NCBI GenBank assembly: GCA_019911795.1
Contig: JAIOJS010000312.1
Location: forward strand, 3,864 to 67,863
Direction: 5' to 3'
From: Thermoanaerobaculia bacterium
GTDB taxonomy: Bacteria; Acidobacteriota; Thermoanaerobaculia; Multivoradales; JAIOJS01
Length of the DNA: 64,000 nt
In this document: positions 1 through 9,572 of the stretch, one piece after another
How the letters are laid out: every line of letters starts with the position of its first letter
How positions within the stretch are numbered: position 1 is the stretch's first letter
The notes under the pieces: model-generated
Seen by the model: the letters and a program-made list of their open reading frames with translations, nothing else
Database searches by the model: none
What the model was told of the DNA's origin: nothing
Made by a program: the position numbers and the translations under genes

Positions 1-266
1 GGGAGCTTCTCGAGCCGCTCGGCGGTTTGGCGGTTCTGGTCGAGGACCCAGGCCATCGCTCGTTCGCCGTCTATCTCCTCGAGCCAGAGGTAGGGGTCCT
101 GTATATCCTCGATGCCATCCTTCGGAGTCATGATCTTCTCCTCTCCGGTGGTTGCCACGGTCGGCGAGTCCTGTGCGACGGCGCTTTCCGGCGATCCGAT
201 GAGGGCCGCAAAGGTAGCGAGGGACAGGAGGGTGAGGGAGGGAAGGTACTTGGTCTTGTGTATCAT
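1..266 (-). CDS. Prolyl oligopeptidase (S9A) family, N-terminal fragment; the gene continues beyond the left edge of the window
   Basis: The reverse-strand reading frame starts with ATG at the complement of 264-266. Translation [32 protein letters not shown]... is a signal peptide, followed by the [22 protein letters not shown] motif typical of the N-terminus of prolyl endopeptidase and oligopeptidase B. It is absent from the ORF track because no stop codon lies inside the window. Confidence 0.45.
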   Translation of the reverse strand, partial: MIHKTKYLPSLTLLSLATFAALIGSPESAVAQDSPTVATTGEEKIMTPKDGIEDIQDPYLWLEEIDGERAMAWVLDQNRQTAERLEKL

Positions 267-428
267 CAGGGTTCTCCGGTGGACGTTCTCGAGTTAGCGA
301 TCCTAGCGGATCGCTACGCCGGTTCGCGACGAACGACCGATGTCCTCCGAGGCATAGCCAACAAATACGACCCAACGACGACCGAACGATCGGATTCAAT
401 GCAGTCCGAGAATCTCTCAGGAGCCATC

Positions 429-944
429 ATGTCTAACCCAACTGCCGTCTTCGAAACCACTCTCGGTACCTTTGAGGCCGAGGTCCTCTTGGACTCCATG
501 CCGGTCACCGCCGGAAACTTCATCTCCCTTGCCAAGAGTGGTTTCTACGACGGTCTCCACTTCCATCGCGTCATCAAGGGCTTTATGTGCCAGTTCGGTT
601 GTCCCCACTCGAAGGATCCGTCGAGCCCCCAGGCGGGGACGGGGGGACCTCCACACGGAACGATCGCCGACGAGCACCCGGCCGATGCCCAGTTCTCCAA
701 CGAAGTAGGTACCCTGTCGATGGCCAACACCGGTCGCCCCAACTCGGGCGGGTCTCAGTTCTTCATCAATACCGCACACAACCACTATCTGGACTTCTTC
801 TCGCCGGGCCCCTCCAAGCATCCCGTTTTCGCGCGAATCACGAAGGGTATGGACATCATCGAAGCCATCGAGTCGACACCTACCGGTGCGGGCGACCGAC
901 CGAAGACTCCGGTGAAGATGATCTCGGTAACGATCAAGGACTAA
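429..944 (+). CDS. Peptidyl-prolyl cis-trans isomerase, cyclophilin type
   Basis: [57 protein letters not shown]...[20 protein letters not shown] are cyclophilin signatures. I moved the start from the 27-nt ORF to the internal ATG at 429, which gives the usual ~170 aa length. Confidence 0.85.
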   Translation: MSNPTAVFETTLGTFEAEVLLDSMPVTAGNFISLAKSGFYDGLHFHRVIKGFMCQFGCPHSKDPSSPQAGTGGPPHGTIADEHPADAQFSNEVGTLSMANTGRPNSGGSQFFINTAHNHYLDFFSPGPSKHPVFARITKGMDIIEAIESTPTGAGDRPKTPVKMISVTIKD

Positions 945-1099
945 GAAAGCGATCGAGAATCAAGTGACGCGAGGCCCCAATACGGCAATCCCGTACAGGC
1001 CGAACTGGCCGTTCCCTGTGTGCCGTTTCACTCAGCGTTGCGTGGTCGCGTGTTAGGCTCGCTCGAGATCTTGGGCTTGCTCACTTCGGAGGTCGGAAC

Positions 1100-3850
1100 A
1101 TGAGTCGGAACCGAATCCACTACCTAGCCTCGCGGTGCACGCTATTGGCTCTCCTCGGGGGGCTCTCGACCACGGCACTATGGGGCTATGAGTTGGTCTT
1201 CACGCCGCCCGACCCGAGCGTCTCCGAGGGCGCTGGCTCGTTACCAGTGCAGGTTACTCTGGTCGGCTGCTCCAGTCCGTCTAGCGACGTGACGATCGGG
1301 GTTAGTACGATCGGAATCGATGCGACTCAGGGGATGGATTTCAATCCACCCTCGCAGACGTTCCTGGTCCTTGGAGAGTCATCGGCTAGCGAAGTATTGA
1401 ACCTACCGATCCTCCAGGACGGATTGATCGAAGGGGACGAGACCTTCGAGATCCTCCTGGATGCTTCCAATGGTTTCGGTCTTGATTGCAACGGGAACGC
1501 GACCGATCCGAGTTCGAACTTCTTTCAAACCCTGGTCACCATCGTCGACGACGATGTGTCGACGTCACCGCCGACGATCTCGATCGGTGACGTGACGGTG
1601 GTGGAAGGGAACAACGGGACGACCGACGCTGTTTTCGACGTCGAACTTTCGGCTCCTTGGAGCGTACCCCTCTTCGCCATCGCGTCCACCCGTGACGGCA
1701 GCGCCCAAGCGGAATCGGATTATCTGCCCAACAGTGAGCTCTTGGCGTTTGCGGCGGGTCAAACCCATGGGACCTTTAGGGTTGCCATCTTCGGCGACCA
1801 AACGGTCGAGCCGGACGAGGACTTCTTCGTCGATCTCTCGGGGCTGGACGGACCTCTCCCCGGCGATCTCGAAGGGCGGGGAGTCATCGTCAACGACGAT
1901 GAAGGCGGGCCACCGCCACCGTCCGGGAGCCCCGAGCTTCGAATCAACAACACCAACCTTCTCGAAGGCAATGCAGGAGATCGTGACGCAACCTTCGTCG
2001 TCTCCCTCGATCGGGCGGCTCCCAACGGGGTCACGGTGGGCTACCGAACCGAGAACGGCTCGGCTCGAGCTGGCTTCGACTATGTAGCGACGAGCGGTTT
2101 CCTCTCCTTTGGACCCAACGATCTGAGCCGTACCCTCAGTGTGGCGGTGATTGGCGAGACCGTAGTAGAAAACGACGAAACCTTCTTCGTCGTGCTCGAG
2201 GGGCCGAACGGAGCGGTGATCGTCGATGGGCGAGGTCGCGGCACGATCCGCAACGACGACGAGGAGGTATCCGACGCCGAGATCTCGATTCGCGGCAACG
2301 GCGAGCTCACCGCCCGACCGGGCAGTGATGTGAGCTTCGAGGTTCTCGTTACCCAGAACGGTGCGCCCGCGCCGGAGGTCGTTGTGACCTGGACTCTTTC
2401 CGGTGACGCGACCCTGGTGGGCGGAGCCGGTTCCACTTCGGGCAGCGATGGTGTGGCCACCAAGACGGTGCGTCTCGGCGCGGAGAGTGGCGCGGTATCG
2501 GTCGTCGCCACCTTGCCGGGGGGAGCGTCCGCTACGTTCTCTATTCAGGTCCTTCGGCGCCTCGGCGATCTCTTCGAGGATCGACCCGCGGAACGCTCGG
2601 TCGCCGAGACGCTGGACGAGGCCTGCTCCTCCAGTCAGGGTTTGAACAGTCTCTGTCGCTACCTCGGTGGACTCGACGACGAGAACGCGCGGGCGGCCAT
2701 CTCGGAGTTGACGCTAAGAGAGGCGGCCTCGATGGGGACGGTTTCCCTGCTCGGAGCCCATGGCCAGCTGTCCAACGTTGCCAGCCATCTCTCGTCGGTA
2801 CGTCGTTCGGGACAGATCGGTGGCAGTCAGGTCGCTCTGGGTTTGGGGGATCACTCGTGGGAGCCGACGGCTCTGTGGCGCGCGGCCACCGGGCGTGATC
2901 GAAGTGGCCAGCTTCCTGGATTGGAGAGCGCGCTGAGTTTGGTTCCTATGGAGCCCCTGTCCCCACTCTCCGATGACGAGAGTGAACTGGACGAGCCGAC
3001 GCGCGGAGACGTTTTCATCAGCGGACGACTCTCGACGGGAGATCGTGCCGAGACCTCTCTCGAGAGCGGCTTCGACTTCGACACCCTGGGAATGACCTTG
3101 GGATACGACTACCGAGTTTCCCCGGGGATGGTCGTGGGCTTCGCCCTCGGCTACCTCGACACCTCGACCGATTTCAGCCGCGACGGTGGATCGCTCGATG
3201 TCGACGGCTACAGCCTGACTGGCTTCCTCACTCGCTACGGCAGGCACGCCTATCTCGACCTGGTCGGCAGTTGGGGCTCGAACGACTACTCGTTGACCCG
3301 GAACATCGACCTTCCCGTACCCTTCGAGGGGGCGACTCGGTATACCGCACAGGGCGATCCCAGTGGTGATCAGCTGGCCGTCGATCTGGCGGTAGGGGCA
3401 GAATGGGGAGGCGCCGCGACCTTTGGCCTTTTCGGTGGAGTCAGCTGGGTCGACGGGAGCATCGACGCATACTCCGAGTCCGGTGGAGGGGCAACCGCCC
3501 TCACTCTCGAAGAGCAATCGGTTGAGTCACTCCTCGCGGAGGCGGGGGTCGAACTCTCCTATGCGGCAAGTTTCTCCTGGGGTGTCCTACTGCCGCAGCT
3601 CCGGGTGTCCTACCTGCATGAAGCTCAGGACGACGCTCGTCTGATCCGTGGTCGGTTTTCGCTCGATCAGCAAGCGCATGAGTTCGTCATCCCTACCGAG
3701 GTGCCGGACCGTGACTACCTGAGTGTCGGCGCCGGGTTTACCGCGACTTTCGCCCGCGGGCGGTCCTTCTACCTCTTCTGGGAGAGTGATCTCGAGCGCG
3801 ACGACTTGGAGGCCGATCACATCTCGGGAGGCTTCCGCATCGAGCTGTGA
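1100..3850 (+). CDS. Autotransporter-type outer-membrane protein with a Calx-beta repeat passenger domain
   Basis: GGAGG-like ribosome-binding site before the ATG. N-terminal signal peptide. At least three Calx-beta-like repeats (DETFEILLD, DEDFFVDLSG, DETFFVVLEG, each followed by a D-rich ...VNDDE/VDDD segment). An Ig-like segment follows. The C-terminal ~270 aa look like a classical autotransporter beta-domain (GYDYRVSPGMVVGFALGY...YSLTGFL...ends GGFRIEL). Confidence 0.6.
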   Translation: MSRNRIHYLASRCTLLALLGGLSTTALWGYELVFTPPDPSVSEGAGSLPVQVTLVGCSSPSSDVTIGVSTIGIDATQGMDFNPPSQTFLVLGESSASEVLNLPILQDGLIEGDETFEILLDASNGFGLDCNGNATDPSSNFFQTLVTIVDDDVSTSPPTISIGDVTVVEGNNGTTDAVFDVELSAPWSVPLFAIASTRDGSAQAESDYLPNSELLAFAAGQTHGTFRVAIFGDQTVEPDEDFFVDLSGLDGPLPGDLEGRGVIVNDDEGGPPPPSGSPELRINNTNLLEGNAGDRDATFVVSLDRAAPNGVTVGYRTENGSARAGFDYVATSGFLSFGPNDLSRTLSVAVIGETVVENDETFFVVLEGPNGAVIVDGRGRGTIRNDDEEVSDAEISIRGNGELTARPGSDVSFEVLVTQNGAPAPEVVVTWTLSGDATLVGGAGSTSGSDGVATKTVRLGAESGAVSVVATLPGGASATFSIQVLRRLGDLFEDRPAERSVAETLDEACSSSQGLNSLCRYLGGLDDENARAAISELTLREAASMGTVSLLGAHGQLSNVASHLSSVRRSGQIGGSQVALGLGDHSWEPTALWRAATGRDRSGQLPGLESALSLVPMEPLSPLSDDESELDEPTRGDVFISGRLSTGDRAETSLESGFDFDTLGMTLGYDYRVSPGMVVGFALGYLDTSTDFSRDGGSLDVDGYSLTGFLTRYGRHAYLDLVGSWGSNDYSLTRNIDLPVPFEGATRYTAQGDPSGDQLAVDLAVGAEWGGAATFGLFGGVSWVDGSIDAYSESGGGATALTLEEQSVESLLAEAGVELSYAASFSWGVLLPQLRVSYLHEAQDDARLIRGRFSLDQQAHEFVIPTEVPDRDYLSVGAGFTATFARGRSFYLFWESDLERDDLEADHISGGFRIEL

Positions 3851-5808
3851 GTACCCGGGCGTTTCGCGACACCTACGAGGTCCTCGCCAAGATTGGCGAG
3901 GGCGGGATGGGGGCGATCTACAAGGTTCGCCACCGCCACCTCGACCAGCACCGCGTGATCAAGATCATGCGGCCGCATGTCTCGGGAGACGATGACTTCG
4001 AAGCCCGCTTCTTGCGCGAGGCCCGCCTCGAAGCCGAACTGCGCCACCCCAACATCGCGCAACTCTACGAGTTCGAGGTCGCCCCCGAGGGGTCCGCTTA
4101 CATCGTCATGGAGTTCATCGACGGGGTCACTCTCCGTCAGATCCTCGACGTAGCGGGGCCACCATCGCTGCCGTTTACCCTCTTTCTCGCCGACCAGGGG
4201 CTCGAAGCCCTCGCCTACCTTCATCGGAGGGGTTTCGTTCATCGCGACATCTCCCCCGACAACATCATGTTGGGAAGGGATACCGAAGGTCACCCGGTGG
4301 TGAAGGTGATCGATCTCGGCATCGCCAAGAAGACCGAAGAGTCGGACGACCGTCAGATTACTCGCACCGGTACCTTCATCGGTAAGGTCCAGTACGCGTC
4401 GCCGGAACAGTTCGGCAACACGCCGATCGACAGTCGCAGCGATCTCTACTCCTTCGGCATCGTTCTCTATGAAATGCTCACCGGGCTTTATCCGATCGAG
4501 GGTCACGACACCAATTCCTTGATCGGCGGTCACCTCTTCAAGCCGCCGGTGCCGTTCTCCCAGAGCGACCCTCGGGACGAGGTTCCGGAAGAGCTACGGA
4601 GTGCGGTCTTACGGAGCCTCTCGAAGACTCGAGAGGAGCGTTTCGATGGGGCCACGGAATTTCGCGAGGCACTCGCTGCCGTAGACCATAGGGAAGGCGA
4701 CAATGTCGAAGAGACGACTCGGCTCATCGGACTCTGTCAGACCGATCCCGAGACGGCGGCGCCCGGCGAGGATCTCGATATCTTCGGCACCGAAGAGACT
4801 CGGCTGCGCTCGGCGCGGATGCAACTCGAGACGTCGAGCACCACCGTGCTGCCTGGACCGATGGATCCCACCGTTTCGCTGGGGCCGCCGCCGTCGACGG
4901 GGATCCCCCGCTGGGCGCGCCTCGCCGCACCGCTTGCAGTGCTGCTTCTGCTTGCGACGATCTTCGTCGTGCTGCGCCAACAGAGAGTTGTCCCCGAGCC
5001 CGGTGGCCCCGAGGTCGTCGAGGACATCTTGCCGCGGCCCCTGCCCGCCGACCTCCACTTCGGTCGGTACTACGCCCTCGTCATTGGCAACAATGACTAT
5101 CGATCTCTGCCGCGGCTACGAACCGCGGTTGCCGATGCGGGGGCCGTTGGTGAGGTCCTGGCGGAGCGGTACGGCTTCGAGGTGACCACTCTCTACGACG
5201 GTACCCGCCGGCAGATCTACGAGTATCTCGAGGAGGTCGCGGCCAAGGTGGGCCCTGAGGACAGCCTACTGCTTTACTACGCAGGGCACGGGGCCCTCTA
5301 CACCGATAGGAGTCTGTACTGGCAGCCGGTCGATGCCGACCCCGATTCCACCGTCAACTGGCTATCCACCGAGGACGTGAGCGATTTGCTCCGTGAAGTC
5401 ACCGCCCGCAACGTCCTCGTCATCGCCGATTCGTGCTACGCCGGCGCCCTGGCCGGTGAACAGAGACCTCGTCCGCCTCCGACCGTCGACCGCTTGACCT
5501 TCGTCCGCAAGCAGTTGGAGAAGACGTCGCGGCTCGCCTTGACGTCCGGCGGGTTCTCACCCGTTGTCGATGCCGGCGCGGGAGGCACCCACTCAGTCTT
5601 TGCCAAGGCGCTCCTCGAACAGTTGGCGAACAATGAGATCGTTCTCGATGGGGGGCAACTCTACGACCATCTGGTCGATCCGGTAGAGCAGGGCGCGGCC
5701 AGTTTGGACGTCGTACAGCGTCCGGTGTACGCTCCTTTGAGTAGCGCCGGAGACCAAGGCGGGGAATTCTTCTTCGTACCGACCACGCTTAGGGAGGCGA
5801 ACTCATGA
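3847..5808 (+). CDS. Ser/Thr protein kinase fused through one transmembrane helix to a caspase-like (peptidase C14, orthocaspase) domain
   Basis: GTG start overlaps the upstream stop (GTGA). Hanks kinase motifs are present: IGEGGMGAIYKV (glycine loop), VIKI (lysine), HRDISPDNIML (catalytic loop), DLGIAK (DFG variant), SPEQ. The TM helix is WARLAAPLAVLLLLATIFVVL. The C14 domain is YALVIGNNDY...LLLYYAGHG (His)...NVLVIADSCYAG (Cys). Confidence 0.75.
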   Translation: MSTRAFRDTYEVLAKIGEGGMGAIYKVRHRHLDQHRVIKIMRPHVSGDDDFEARFLREARLEAELRHPNIAQLYEFEVAPEGSAYIVMEFIDGVTLRQILDVAGPPSLPFTLFLADQGLEALAYLHRRGFVHRDISPDNIMLGRDTEGHPVVKVIDLGIAKKTEESDDRQITRTGTFIGKVQYASPEQFGNTPIDSRSDLYSFGIVLYEMLTGLYPIEGHDTNSLIGGHLFKPPVPFSQSDPRDEVPEELRSAVLRSLSKTREERFDGATEFREALAAVDHREGDNVEETTRLIGLCQTDPETAAPGEDLDIFGTEETRLRSARMQLETSSTTVLPGPMDPTVSLGPPPSTGIPRWARLAAPLAVLLLLATIFVVLRQQRVVPEPGGPEVVEDILPRPLPADLHFGRYYALVIGNNDYRSLPRLRTAVADAGAVGEVLAERYGFEVTTLYDGTRRQIYEYLEEVAAKVGPEDSLLLYYAGHGALYTDRSLYWQPVDADPDSTVNWLSTEDVSDLLREVTARNVLVIADSCYAGALAGEQRPRPPPTVDRLTFVRKQLEKTSRLALTSGGFSPVVDAGAGGTHSVFAKALLEQLANNEIVLDGGQLYDHLVDPVEQGAASLDVVQRPVYAPLSSAGDQGGEFFFVPTTLREANS

Positions 5809-7499
5809 GCCAGCCGAAGTCGAAAACACAGGGCGGAGTCGTAGACTCTGCTTACTATTCACTTGTGCGTTCTCTCGGAGTCGTTACCGTAGTGGCGACC
5901 CTTGGCCTCGCCTCCACCTCAGCGGCAGAGGCCTTTTCGCCTCCGATCCCGGCCAAGGGTGACAGCGAAGTCGGACAGGCGGAGGACTTCCTCGTCGTCG
6001 ACTGCCTACTGCCGGGGAAGGTGCGACGCTTGGGGCGTCGCCAGACCTACCTGTCGGCTCGTCGCCCCCTGCGTACGACCGCGATCGACTGTCGGATCCG
6101 TGGTGGTGAGTACACCGCTTTCGATCGTGCGACCTACGAGTCTTCGATGCAGGTCTGGCTGGGCGGAGCGCGCGAAGGTGAGGCGGAGGCGCAGTTCTAC
6201 GTGGCCCAGATCTTCGAAAAGGGACTCGGTCGGGATCCTGACTACGCGGCCGCTGCCGATTGGTACCGCAAGGCGGCAGAGCAGGGTCATTCGGGAGCGC
6301 AGACCAGCCTTGGCTTCCTCTACGAGGTTGGCCTTGGAGTCGAGCGCGACCCGGTGGCGGCATTGAGTTGGTACCGCAAGGCGTCCGGACTCGATGAGGA
6401 ACTCGTCGTTCTCGAAGGAGCCGAGTACCGGGAACTACTGGAACGTCGGCAAGAGCTCGAGGAGCGCAATCGGGAACTCGAGGACCTGGAGCGTCGCCTA
6501 CGTGAGACCGAGAAGACGTTGCAGCAGAGTCGCGTCGAGCAGCAGCAGGATGATGTCGCCGAGGCTCGCCTTCAGGAGACCTTGAAGAAACTCCAGACGG
6601 AGCTCGAGGGACGTCGCCAAGATGTTTCGAGGTTGGAGTCCGAAGTCACTCGCCTGGCCGCCACCGAGGGGGCGTCCGTGGCCCCGGGGCCGGAGCATAA
6701 CGAGCCGGCCGGAGCCGTAGACTTCGGGCCTTACCATGCGCTGGTTATCGGAAACGGCGATTACCGCTCGCTTCCGGCGGTTGGCTCGGCTCCCGGCGAT
6801 GCTCGACGTCTCGCCGACCTGCTTCGGGACCGTTACGGATTCGAGGTTCGATTGCTCCTCGATGCGACGCGCTATCAGATCCTCGAGGCGCTCAACCGTC
6901 TGCGCGAGGATCTCACCGAGAAGGACAACCTGGTGCTCTTCTACGCCGGCCACAGTGAGGAGGACGAGGCGGGCTCGCGAGGCTGGTGGAAGCCGGTTGA
7001 CGCCGATCCCACCAGTCGGGCCAATTGGATCTCCCATCGAGTACTCGCAGATCACTTGGAAGTCGTGCCGGCGAAGCACGTGTTGGTGCTCGCCGAGGCT
7101 GCCTATGCCGCCACCCTGACTCGTTCGTCGATACCTCAGCTGCCGGTGGGTATGAGCCCGGCAAAGCGGCAGGAGTATCTGCGTGAGATGTCCGCGCGAC
7201 GGACCCGCCTGGTGTTGGCGTCCGGCGAGCGCAACACTTCGACGGGCGGCAGCGAGGGGGCGACGGCGCGCTTCTCCGACGCCCTCTTTGCCGTCCTGGA
7301 GAAGAACGAAGGAGTGCTTGGCGCCTCCTCGATGTACCGCGAACTCAACAAGTCACTCGCGGACTCGGGCGAGCCGGTCGAGTTTGCACCGATTCGCTGG
7401 TCGCGGCACGAAGGTGGTTCGGACTTCTTTTTCGTGGCCAAGACTCGTGTCAGTCAGGAGTCGCTGGCTTCGGAGCCAGTGGCCCAGCCTGGGAAGTAG
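5805..7499 (+). CDS. Secreted protein with Sel1 repeats, a coiled coil and a caspase-like domain that lacks the catalytic Cys (pseudo-orthocaspase)
   Basis: ATG overlaps the upstream stop (ATGA). Signal peptide VVTVVATLGLASTSAAEA. Sel1-like repeats (AQFYVAQIFEKGLGRDPDYAAAADWYRKAAEQGHSGAQTSLGFLYEVGLGVERD...WYRKAS). A long E/R/L-rich heptad region follows. The C14-like domain is YHALVIGNGDY...LVLFYAGHSEE (His retained)...HVLVLAEAAYAA (Ala at the Cys position). Confidence 0.65.
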   Translation: MSQPKSKTQGGVVDSAYYSLVRSLGVVTVVATLGLASTSAAEAFSPPIPAKGDSEVGQAEDFLVVDCLLPGKVRRLGRRQTYLSARRPLRTTAIDCRIRGGEYTAFDRATYESSMQVWLGGAREGEAEAQFYVAQIFEKGLGRDPDYAAAADWYRKAAEQGHSGAQTSLGFLYEVGLGVERDPVAALSWYRKASGLDEELVVLEGAEYRELLERRQELEERNRELEDLERRLRETEKTLQQSRVEQQQDDVAEARLQETLKKLQTELEGRRQDVSRLESEVTRLAATEGASVAPGPEHNEPAGAVDFGPYHALVIGNGDYRSLPAVGSAPGDARRLADLLRDRYGFEVRLLLDATRYQILEALNRLREDLTEKDNLVLFYAGHSEEDEAGSRGWWKPVDADPTSRANWISHRVLADHLEVVPAKHVLVLAEAAYAATLTRSSIPQLPVGMSPAKRQEYLREMSARRTRLVLASGERNTSTGGSEGATARFSDALFAVLEKNEGVLGASSMYRELNKSLADSGEPVEFAPIRWSRHEGGSDFFFVAKTRVSQESLASEPVAQPGK

Positions 7500-7576
7500 A
7501 TCGCAAGAGGTCTCCACGCTTCTTCGGGCGGTTTGCCTTAGATCATTCTAGAGTCAAACCACCAGGGGCCAGGCGG

Positions 7577-9526
7577 TCATGTTTTGGCTCGACGGCCACG
7601 CAACATGTGACGGTCGGCGTACGAGGCGATCTCGACCAACTGCTCGAGGGGTCCCTCGAGGCGAGGGTCGAGGGCGCTGCGTAGAACCACCTCCTTGGCA
7701 AACAGGAGGCTGAGGTAGCGCAACTTGACGGCAGGACGATCGTCAATATCCCGAAACTCCGTATGGCCGCTGTTGACCTCCCACCGCCCATCGACCAGGC
7801 GGGACCTCCAGGTCGCGCCTGGATCATCGATCAGGGTGGGTTCGGGGATACCGTCGCGGGAGGGGTGGTGCATCGGTTCGTCGAAGACCTCGATCGTCGC
7901 TACCGCCGACGCCTCTTCCGACTCGGTCCAGCCGAAGACGTTGAGCGTCGCTTCGCCCGCGACCTCGCCTGCGATGATCTGAACCTGCGGTCCCGCGGGA
8001 TCGACTTCGCTCAACTGGGCCGTCGCACCGACTAGGCGCCAGCGGAACGACACGTCGCCGTCGACCTCCCTCCCACTGCGGTCGACGGCTCGAGCGCGAA
8101 CGAGACGGCGCCCCCCCAGACGTAATCGCAGAGGAGACGGAGGTAGGGTGAGAGCGTGCAGCGGCCCCGGCGGGAAGGGGATGGTGGGTGAGATCGAGGG
8201 GCCAGAACTGGACAGAGATTCGGAATCCCGCTCCTGGTCCTGGACGTCGGTGCTCATCGGCACCGCTACCCCGGGTGCACTGCCGCTGCCGACCACGCCA
8301 TCTTCGTCGGTCCGGCCCGAGCCGAGGGTGGGATCATCGACCGGCAGGAGCCGATAACGCGGTCGTTCGCGAAAGAAGCCTTGGAAGGCACGCTGAAGAT
8401 CCTTGACGATTCTTTGATCGAGTTCGCGGCTTCGTCGTTCCTGGTCCTCTTCGAGAATCTCCATCAGTCTCGGCTCGAGCTCGCGGAGTCGATGAGCGAA
8501 GGTCTCCGCCGCCGCGTCGGGAACGACCCCTCGACGGCTGCCGGGGGGAATGCGCAGGCCGGGAAAGTCGATCATTCCGGTGAGGCGTGGGTGGGTCCAG
8601 GGTGAGTGAGCAAGATCAAGGGCTGACAGCTCGGCGAAGCTATCGCTGGCCAGAGTCCCGCCCGCGTAGAGCGCCACGTGGCTGGGACCCTCTTCGGTGC
8701 TCGGAGAGCGCAGGTAGAGTTCCAACTGCACGTCAGGGAAGCCCGCGATCGGCAAGCGGTGAAACTGCACGATCGGCTCCCCGAGGAAACGCCGTGGTTG
8801 TACCGGCAGGATCTTCTCCGCCCGTCCCCTCGACATGCGATCCTCGACGACCAGCTCCACGTCGCGATCGAGCAGCTGCCCCCGCAACTCGTCGGCGAGG
8901 AAGTCCGCCGCACGCCGCCCCACCAGTGCGGACTTCGCTTGGGGATGGAGGTCGACGACGACCACCTCGGTCCAACGGTCGTCGAACAGGTTGCGGCGTC
9001 GAATCTTCTCTATCGTGAACTCAGGACGGTCGCGGTGCAGTACGAGGCGGTGAGGGTGCTGTCCGGCAACGGCGCTGCGCATCTCGAGGATCTGGCCCAG
9101 GCTCCAGAAGCCGAGCAGGCCGATGCCGTACTGACCCTGCGTCATCAGGGTCAAGCGCTCCTCGGGGGAGAGGCGCCGCTTGCGGCTATGGCCGATATTG
9201 GTGGCGATGTACCGTAGTGCTTCCAGCCGATCCAACTCGGGCAGGACACCCTCGCCATCATCCAGGATCTTCAGGCAGGGGATGCCGCGCTCGCGGATCC
9301 GCGTCACCCGGATCCGCTGGGCCCCGGCGTCGAGGCTGTTCTGCACCAGCTCGGCGAGCGCCTTGCGAGGATCAGGCTGCGAGAGTGCGAGCCAGCGGAT
9401 CAGCTCGAAGGGATCGTGAACCTTGACTCGTCCCTTCACCACGGGAGAGGTACCCTTGGAGCGACGGCGGCTCCCCTTGGATCTCGACTTGGCCTCGGGG
9501 AAGAGTTCGTGATTGTCAGACATCAT
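7577..9526 (-). CDS. GHKL (Bergerat-fold) ATPase-domain protein with an Ig-like (Big_2-type) domain and a basic N-terminal tail
   Basis: N-box ELVQNSLDAGAQRIRV, G1 box LKILDDGEGV and G2 box GQYGIGLLGFWSLG resemble the Hsp90/MORC/MutL type. The N-terminus is basic (SRSKGSRRRSKG). The C-terminal half has an Ig-like beta segment (DVSFRWRLVGATAQLSEVDPAGPQVQIIAGEVAGEATLNVFG). There is no histidine-kinase H-box. Confidence 0.55.
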   Translation of the reverse strand: MMSDNHELFPEAKSRSKGSRRRSKGTSPVVKGRVKVHDPFELIRWLALSQPDPRKALAELVQNSLDAGAQRIRVTRIRERGIPCLKILDDGEGVLPELDRLEALRYIATNIGHSRKRRLSPEERLTLMTQGQYGIGLLGFWSLGQILEMRSAVAGQHPHRLVLHRDRPEFTIEKIRRRNLFDDRWTEVVVVDLHPQAKSALVGRRAADFLADELRGQLLDRDVELVVEDRMSRGRAEKILPVQPRRFLGEPIVQFHRLPIAGFPDVQLELYLRSPSTEEGPSHVALYAGGTLASDSFAELSALDLAHSPWTHPRLTGMIDFPGLRIPPGSRRGVVPDAAAETFAHRLRELEPRLMEILEEDQERRSRELDQRIVKDLQRAFQGFFRERPRYRLLPVDDPTLGSGRTDEDGVVGSGSAPGVAVPMSTDVQDQERDSESLSSSGPSISPTIPFPPGPLHALTLPPSPLRLRLGGRRLVRARAVDRSGREVDGDVSFRWRLVGATAQLSEVDPAGPQVQIIAGEVAGEATLNVFGWTESEEASAVATIEVFDEPMHHPSRDGIPEPTLIDDPGATWRSRLVDGRWEVNSGHTEFRDIDDRPAVKLRYLSLLFAKEVVLRSALDPRLEGPLEQLVEIASYADRHMLRGRRAKT

Positions 9527-9572
9527 TCTCAGACATCTCAGCGCCCCGCTAGCCGAAGGCGACAGAAGGCCA

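Noticed and set aside
27-944. 305-aa ORF in the track starting at position 27
   Set aside because: Only the C-terminal ~171 aa are cyclophilin. The upstream 400 nt encode, on the opposite strand, a signal peptide and a prolyl-oligopeptidase N-terminus. I trimmed the gene to the ATG at 429.
8678-9217. 179-aa plus-strand ORF and several others antisense to the GHKL ATPase gene
   Set aside because: They are shadow ORFs with no motifs. The minus strand carries Bergerat-fold boxes.
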